Origin: a bacterium
GTDB lineage: Bacteria; Sysuimicrobiota; Sysuimicrobiia; Sysuimicrobiales; Humicultoraceae
Direction: 5' to 3'
Length of the DNA stretch: 13,249 nt
Assembly: GCA_041497675.1 (NCBI GenBank)
Contig: JBGQGY010000103.1
Location: 1 to 13,249, forward strand
The position numbers were made by a program, and so were the translations under genes. Positions within the stretch are counted from its first letter, which is position 1. Every line of letters begins with the position of its first letter. The notes under the pieces were generated by a model. That model was not told the DNA's origin and searched no databases. It worked only from the letters and a program-made list of their open reading frames with translations. Positions 8,283 through 13,249 of this stretch are shown piece after piece.

Positions 8283-8484
8283 GTTCACAATTCTCAGAAG
8301 CGCTGTTGGACAGTGGCACTGGCACCTGCAAGCCGCGAACAATCATATTATCGCGGATTCGGGAGAGGCCTACCCGACGAGGCCCGGAGTTCTTGCCGCG
8401 ATTGCCCGGGTGAAACGCGAAGTGTTTCAAGCAACGATTCGAGACGGCACGCAGCCATCCACCGGGCTAGACGTCTATCGATGA
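8275..8484 (+). CDS. YegP/DUF1508 (UPF0339) family protein, single domain, 69 aa
   Basis: F.I.....GQWHWHLQAANNHIIADSGEAY.......AI matches the family pattern (G.W.WRL.A.NG..IA.SGEGY); purine-rich SD region; overlaps the upstream gene by 8 nt. Confidence 0.88.
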   Translation: MGEFTILRSAVGQWHWHLQAANNHIIADSGEAYPTRPGVLAAIARVKREVFQATIRDGTQPSTGLDVYR

Positions 8485-9458
8485 AGACCGCACGATGGCT
8501 GGTCGGGTCCGCCCTTTGGAGGTTCCGGCCGTTCATTCGGTCGATCTTCAGTGAGTTTCGCCTCGCGGAGCAGTTCTCCAACCCCAGCATGCACGAGAAG
8601 ATGCTGCTCGACGCGGTGCGGTGCGAAGCCTTTCGCGCGGCCCTGGCGCAGGTCGTGCGACCGGGCGACGTCGTGCTCGACCTGGGAGCCGGGACCGGGT
8701 TGCTTTCGCTCTTTGCCGCGTCGTCCGGGGCGAAGCACGTGTACGCGGTTGAGATGAGCCGGATCGCCGACATGGCCGAGCGGTTGATCGACGCCAACAA
8801 GATGCGCGACAAGATCACCCTCGTTCGAGGTAACTCCCGGAACGTCAGCCTGCCCGAACGCGCCGACGTGCTCGTCACTGAGACGCTGAGCAGCTGCGGG
8901 TGCGACAACGAGAACATCGTCGAGTACGTGCTGGACGCCAAACGAAGGCTGCTGAAACCCGGCGCCAGGGTCATCCCCGCCGCTGTGGAGACGCTCTTCA
9001 CGCCCATCCAGTCCGATGAATTTGGTCTTGGACGGCTGGCGCCGGCCTTATACGGTTTTGACTACACGCCGTTCCGCAGCGTGCGGTATTCCGGCCCCGG
9101 CATGCAGCAGGCGTCCGGCAGGTCGTTCGTCGAGCTCGCCGAGCCCCTGCGGTGCTGGCCTATCGACCTCAGACAGGACGAGGTGCCGGCGCCTGGGGAG
9201 GTCCGCCTGGATTTTCAGATCACGCGCGAAGGACGTGTCGATGGTTTTCTGGGCTGGTTCGACGCCCTGCTGGCGCCCGGCGTGTCGCTCACGAACTCGC
9301 CGCACCGGCCTCCAACAAGCTGGGAGCAGTTGTACTTTCCCGCGGCGAATCAACCACGCGTGCGACCCGGACAGATCCTGCGGCTGACGGTCGATCCCCG
9401 GCTCAAGGGGGGCGGGTCACACTGGGCGTATCAGATCGAGGTGCGCGACCGCGTCTGA
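8481..9458 (+). CDS. SAM-dependent methyltransferase, protein arginine methyltransferase (PRMT)-like
   Basis: HEKMLLDAVR, motif I VLDLGAGTG, post-I VYAVE, ADVLVTE...NE double-E loop, LLKPGARVIP, C-terminal GFLGWFD..L and LTNSP..PPTSWEQLYF; ATGA overlap with the DUF1508 stop. Confidence 0.9.
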   Translation: MKTARWLVGSALWRFRPFIRSIFSEFRLAEQFSNPSMHEKMLLDAVRCEAFRAALAQVVRPGDVVLDLGAGTGLLSLFAASSGAKHVYAVEMSRIADMAERLIDANKMRDKITLVRGNSRNVSLPERADVLVTETLSSCGCDNENIVEYVLDAKRRLLKPGARVIPAAVETLFTPIQSDEFGLGRLAPALYGFDYTPFRSVRYSGPGMQQASGRSFVELAEPLRCWPIDLRQDEVPAPGEVRLDFQITREGRVDGFLGWFDALLAPGVSLTNSPHRPPTSWEQLYFPAANQPRVRPGQILRLTVDPRLKGGGSHWAYQIEVRDRV

Positions 9459-9460
9459 GA

Positions 9461-9805
9461 TCAGACCGTGCGGGCGAGCAACCCGAGAACGTGGAAGGCC
9501 ACCAGCATGACGTAGACGAAGGCCGCTCCTCGCAGGATCGAAAGCACCGGCAACCGGCTTCGATCGCGGCGCGCGATCACACAAAGGCTGACGGCCAGCA
9601 GGACGAGCACGACGGACTTGACGATGGTCGGCCACGGCGTCAGGAGCAGCGGTCGCAGCATGGGGTTCAGTTCCTCGATGCCTCGTTCGGCGGCGACGTA
9701 CGTAAACAACAGATCGAGGGCGTTGGCAAGCAGCAAGACTGCATACCATCGCCATAAGGCTTTGGCTGTAGCCGGCAACAACAGCCGTGCGCCCCGGGCC
9801 GCCAT
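9461..9805 (-). CDS. DUF5658-like small integral membrane protein
   Basis: Three hydrophobic helices with N.LD..FTY.....G..E.NP and a K in TM2; SD-like AAGGACGGGGG before ATG 9805. Confidence 0.8.
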   Translation of the reverse strand: MAARGARLLLPATAKALWRWYAVLLLANALDLLFTYVAAERGIEELNPMLRPLLLTPWPTIVKSVVLVLLAVSLCVIARRDRSRLPVLSILRGAAFVYVMLVAFHVLGLLARTV

Positions 9806-9866
9806 CGACGCCCCCGTCCTTCGTGCTCGACAGGCGCCCGAAGCGAGCCGGCCAGCCGATCAGCCT

Positions 9867-9946
9867 CTTCGGCAGCCCGGCCGGCCGGTGATACGGCCCC
9901 GATGACTTTGCGCCCCCGGATCGCTCCGGGTTTGCCCGTTCGGAAG
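9867..9946 (-). ncRNA. Cyclic di-GMP-I (GEMM-I) riboswitch
   Basis: Minus strand reads CUUCCG AACG GGCAAA CCCGGA GCGA UCCGGG GGCGCAAAG UCAUCGG GGCCG UAUCAC CGGCC GGCCGGGCUGCC GAAG: P1, P2 with GNRA loop, conserved GGCAAAC, CGCAAAG and CUGCCG segments; ~60 nt upstream of the DUF5658-like start. Confidence 0.9.
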
Positions 9947-9981
9947 TTGATTCGGACCCCAGCGCTCGCTCGCCGTGAGCC

Positions 9982-11196
9982 CTATCGTTGAGTGATACTC
10001 TGGAGATTCGCCGGGGCGTGGGGGCTTCCTGCCGGCCCCGCGATCCGGGTCGCCACGGCGGCTGTCGCAAGCATCACGGCGGCGGCCGTGGTGAACGCCG
10101 CGCCCTCCCCGTACAGGCCCAGCACGCCGTTGCCCCACAGGGGCCCTACCGTGCGTCCCAGACCTTCGATGGCGCTGCTGACGCCCTGGAGGCGTCCCTG
10201 CTCATCGGGTCCCGCCGACCGGCTCAGCAGGCTGGTCAGGGTAGGGATTGCCAGGGCGACCCCCACCGCGGCGGGAACCACCGTGATGACAAAGGGGGCC
10301 AGGTCGTGGACGACCGAGGCGATCGCCAGACCGACCCCAGCGACGCTGAGCCCTGCCAGCAACGTCGAGCGTTCGCCCAGCCGTCGCACCATGGGCCCGA
10401 CAATCGCCACCTGCACCACGACGCCGATCACGCCAAAGAAGGCCAGCAGATAGCCGGTGTGGGCCACATCGAGACCGAAGCGCCGAGCGCCGAACAGCGC
10501 AAAGGTCGTCTGGTAGACGGCAAAGGTAGCCCAGTAGAAGAAATCGACGACCAGCAGCCGGCCGATTGCCGGACGCCTCAGCATCTCACCCATTGCGCGC
10601 CACGGCGACGAGCGGGGGGCCGAGGTCTTGTGCACCGTCTCCGGAAGCCACACCCACGCCAGCAGGGTGGCCGCACCCGCGATCGCCGCCGCGCCCCAGG
10701 CGGGCGCGGCGTACCCGATGCGGCTGAGCGCCCCGCCCATCGCGGGACCGAAGACGAACCCCAACCCAAACGCCGCTCCGATCAAGCCAAACGCCTTCGC
10801 CCGGTCTTCGGGCGCCGTGACGTCGCCGATATACGCCCGCGCGGTCGAGATGTTGCCGCCCGACAATCCGTCGACGATCCGCGCCGCAAACAGGAGCATG
10901 ACGTTGTGGGCCAGTGCCAGCATGACGAAGCTCACGACCGTACCGATGAGGCTGAAGAGGAGCACCGGCCGCCGTCCGTAGCGATCGGACAGATTCCCCA
11001 GGATGGGAGCGGCGAAGAGCTGGCAGGCCGAAAACGAGGCAAACAACAGTCCCACGGTGAACGCCGACGCGCCCAGCGAGGTCGCATAGAAGGGGAGCAG
11101 GGGGATAATGATGCCGAAACCGAGCAGGTTCACCAGGACTGTGAGGAAAATGACGAGAAGGGGACGCTGAACCGGAGCGGACCGCGGGCTGGCCAC
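9982..11196 (-). CDS. MFS transporter, TetA/DHA1-like drug:H+ antiporter family
   Basis: About 12 TM; motif A GNLSDRYGRRPVLL, ARIVDGLSGG, antiporter motif C GFVFGPAMGG. Confidence 0.93.
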   Translation of the reverse strand: MASPRSAPVQRPLLVIFLTVLVNLLGFGIIIPLLPFYATSLGASAFTVGLLFASFSACQLFAAPILGNLSDRYGRRPVLLFSLIGTVVSFVMLALAHNVMLLFAARIVDGLSGGNISTARAYIGDVTAPEDRAKAFGLIGAAFGLGFVFGPAMGGALSRIGYAAPAWGAAAIAGAATLLAWVWLPETVHKTSAPRSSPWRAMGEMLRRPAIGRLLVVDFFYWATFAVYQTTFALFGARRFGLDVAHTGYLLAFFGVIGVVVQVAIVGPMVRRLGERSTLLAGLSVAGVGLAIASVVHDLAPFVITVVPAAVGVALAIPTLTSLLSRSAGPDEQGRLQGVSSAIEGLGRTVGPLWGNGVLGLYGEGAAFTTAAAVMLATAAVATRIAGPAGSPHAPANLQSITQR

Positions 11197-11208
11197 GCCA
11201 CCACTCTA
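11194..11208 (-). promoter_or_regulatory. Putative -10 element giving a leaderless MFS transcript
   Basis: TAGAGT - 6 nt (GGTGGC) - GTG start; no strong SD. Confidence 0.45.
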
Positions 11209-11305
11209 CCGGGCGGCCGCAGCCGCGTCCAGGGCGCCGGTCGCAAGACGCGAAGGATTCGCCCGCACTCCACGCGTAGGTGTTGATAGCTCAAGGAGGT
11301 GGCGA

Positions 11306-12307
11306 ATGCCCGTAGGCCGGTCAGTACACCGCTACCCGGTCACCGTCGACCTGCACGGCGGGGAGATCACGCTGGCGGTCCACGAGATCACCGGCGCCCG
11401 CGACGGCCCCACGCTGGCGATCCTTTCGACGTTGCATGGAGGGGAATGGCTCTCGATCGAAATGGTCCGCCGGTTCGTGCAGCGGGTGGACCCGCGCGGG
11501 ATGGCCGGCCGCGTGCTGGCGGTCCCGGTCGGCAACCCCGTGGCGTTGACGCACCTGACGCGCAACACGCCGGACGAGTCGGACTCCGCCGACCTCAACC
11601 GCGTCTTCCCCGGTCAGCACACCTGGATCACCGATCTGCTGGCAAGAGCGATCACGGAACATGTTCTCAAGGAATGTCAGTACGTCATCGACATGCATCT
11701 GGGATTGTGGGCCTCATCGTTCTACACGGTCGTGTGGCCAAAAGATCTGCCCGATCCCGAACAGGTCCGCCGCGCCGGCGTGATGGCTCAGGCCTTTGGG
11801 TGTCCGATGGTGCAACACCAGAACATCGTCACGCAGTTTCCGGGTCCGCGGTCGGCGGTCGGTTACGCGGGTACCCACCTCGGCATCGTGCCCCTGATTG
11901 TCGAGATCGGGGGCGCCGGGTTTGCGCCGGCCCTCGAAGAGAAGTGGATCGAAGAGACGGTCGCGGGCATCGAAAGCGTCATGCGTGCCATCGGCATGCT
12001 CGATGGACAGCCGCTCCGGCTTCCCCGATACCTGCACTATAAGCGTCACGTCCGCCTGAACCCGTCGGTCGCCGGATACCTGCTCCCCGACATCGGGCCC
12101 GACGACCTCTGCCGCGACGCGCCGGCGGGTACGGTCGCGGGGCGGGTGATCAGCCCGTACACGTTCGAGGAGCTCGAGGTCCTGCGCGCGCCCGTCAACG
12201 GGGCCTGGATGATGGTCTCCCGCGCGTACCCCGTGCGTCCCGGGTACTGGGCGTTTGGCGTGGCCAGCCTGGACGATCCCGGCACCGGCTGGGGGCCGTG
12301 GCCGTAG
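11306..12307 (+). CDS. Succinylglutamate desuccinylase/aspartoacylase family (M14 Zn-hydrolase)
   Basis: LHGGE, DLNRVFPG, IDMH, IVEIGG catalytic/Zn motifs; SD AAGGAGGT. Confidence 0.92.
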   Translation: MPVGRSVHRYPVTVDLHGGEITLAVHEITGARDGPTLAILSTLHGGEWLSIEMVRRFVQRVDPRGMAGRVLAVPVGNPVALTHLTRNTPDESDSADLNRVFPGQHTWITDLLARAITEHVLKECQYVIDMHLGLWASSFYTVVWPKDLPDPEQVRRAGVMAQAFGCPMVQHQNIVTQFPGPRSAVGYAGTHLGIVPLIVEIGGAGFAPALEEKWIEETVAGIESVMRAIGMLDGQPLRLPRYLHYKRHVRLNPSVAGYLLPDIGPDDLCRDAPAGTVAGRVISPYTFEELEVLRAPVNGAWMMVSRAYPVRPGYWAFGVASLDDPGTGWGPWP

Positions 12308-12310
12308 CCT

Positions 12311-13228
12311 ATGCGCTTTCTGCTCCGCCGCGTTCCGCAGCTCGTCGTGGTGCTCTTTGGGGTCTCAATCGTCACGTTTGGCATGGTGCGCCTCACCGGG
12401 GATCCCGTGACGGTGCGGCTGGGCGAGACCGCGACGGACGAGGCGATCGCCCAGATACGGTCCGAGCTCGCCCTGGACCGGCCGGTCCACGTCCAGTACG
12501 CGCGGTTCATCCGCAACGCCCTGCGCGGTGATTTTGGAGAGTCGCTCCGATACCGCCAGCCCGCGCTGACCCTGTTTGTCGAACGCCTACCCGCCACCCT
12601 CGAACTCGCCGGCGCCGCGCTGCTGCTCGCGCTGATCATCGGCCTGCCCATCGGCATCACCGCCGCGCTGCGTCCCCAATCGGCTTTCGACGGGTTGGTG
12701 CGCGGCCTTGCGTTGACCGGGCAGGCGATCCCAGGATTCTATCTCGGGCTGGTGGCGATCATCGTCTTTGGCGCCCAGCTCCGTCTCCTGCCGACCGGCG
12801 GCCGGGGCTCGCTCGCGCACCTGATCCTGCCGGCGTTCACGCTGGCCGCCTATCAGGCCGCGATCGTCGCGCGCTTCGCCCGGGGTGCGATGCTCGAGGT
12901 CCTGGGTGAGGACTACATCCGGACGGCGCGGGCGAAGGGCCTCCGCCGGTTCAGGGTCATCGTCCAGCACGGGCTGCGCAACGCGCTGATCCCGGTCGTG
13001 ACCATCATCGCCCTGCAGGTCGGGACGCTCCTGTCCGGCGCCGTGGTGACCGAGACCGTGTTCTCATGGCCCGGCGTCGGCCGGCTGGCGGTGCAGGCCA
13101 TCTACGCGCGGGATTTCCCAATCGTCCAGGTCACCGTGATGGTCACCGCCGCGCTCTTTGTGGCCATCAACCTGCTCACCGATCTCCTCTACGTCCTGCT
13201 CGATCCACGGGTGCGGGTTGGCGATTGA
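12311..13228 (+). CDS. Peptide/nickel ABC transporter permease, DppB/OppB family
   Basis: GDP...LG, GDFGESL, RLPATLEL, EAA loop EDYIRTARAKGL, HGLRNALIP, ETVFSWPGVG, DLLY..LDPRVR. Confidence 0.95.
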   Translation: MRFLLRRVPQLVVVLFGVSIVTFGMVRLTGDPVTVRLGETATDEAIAQIRSELALDRPVHVQYARFIRNALRGDFGESLRYRQPALTLFVERLPATLELAGAALLLALIIGLPIGITAALRPQSAFDGLVRGLALTGQAIPGFYLGLVAIIVFGAQLRLLPTGGRGSLAHLILPAFTLAAYQAAIVARFARGAMLEVLGEDYIRTARAKGLRRFRVIVQHGLRNALIPVVTIIALQVGTLLSGAVVTETVFSWPGVGRLAVQAIYARDFPIVQVTVMVTAALFVAINLLTDLLYVLLDPRVRVGD

Positions 13229-13249
13229 CCGGCGCATCGCCGTCGCGGC
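13225..13249 (+). CDS. Probable start of the next (DppC-type) permease, partial
   Basis: TTGA start/stop overlap and an open frame to the window end; identity inferred only from usual operon order. Confidence 0.3.

Noticed and set aside
8313..8480. N-terminal extension of the methyltransferase in the ORF track
   Set aside because: It overlaps the DUF1508 gene; the ATGA-coupled start at 8481 is more plausible.
9982..11196. Calling the MFS gene tetA (tetracycline resistance)
   Set aside because: Only family-level motifs; no adjacent tetR or mobile context.
1..13249. CRISPR array, transposase or integrase
   Set aside because: No regularly spaced repeats and no DDE, HUH, tyrosine or serine recombinase motifs seen.

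Overview
GC-rich bacterial window with a cell-surface and signalling theme. In order: the 3' end of a membrane-protein gene; a frameshifted remnant of a small secreted protein; a large orphan hybrid sensor kinase (TM-GAF-PAS-PAS-HisKA-HATPase-REC); a GT2-like glycosyltransferase divergent from a type IV pilin; and tRNA-Pro(GGG). After the tRNA lies an accessory-looking stretch: a lipoprotein, a 57-aa CxxC..CxxC microprotein missed by the ORF track, a 64-aa protein, and a highly structured leader ahead of a translationally coupled GT2 - YegP/DUF1508 - PRMT-like methyltransferase operon. Next come a DUF5658-like membrane protein behind a clear c-di-GMP-I riboswitch, a TetA-like MFS transporter, and an M14 (AstE/AspA) hydrolase plus DppB-type permease operon. 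Best leads: the bacterial protein-arginine-methyltransferase-like enzyme with a variant TSW loop, its candidate novel cis-regulatory RNA, and c-di-GMP control of an uncharacterised membrane protein. All calls are by eye; no searches were run.
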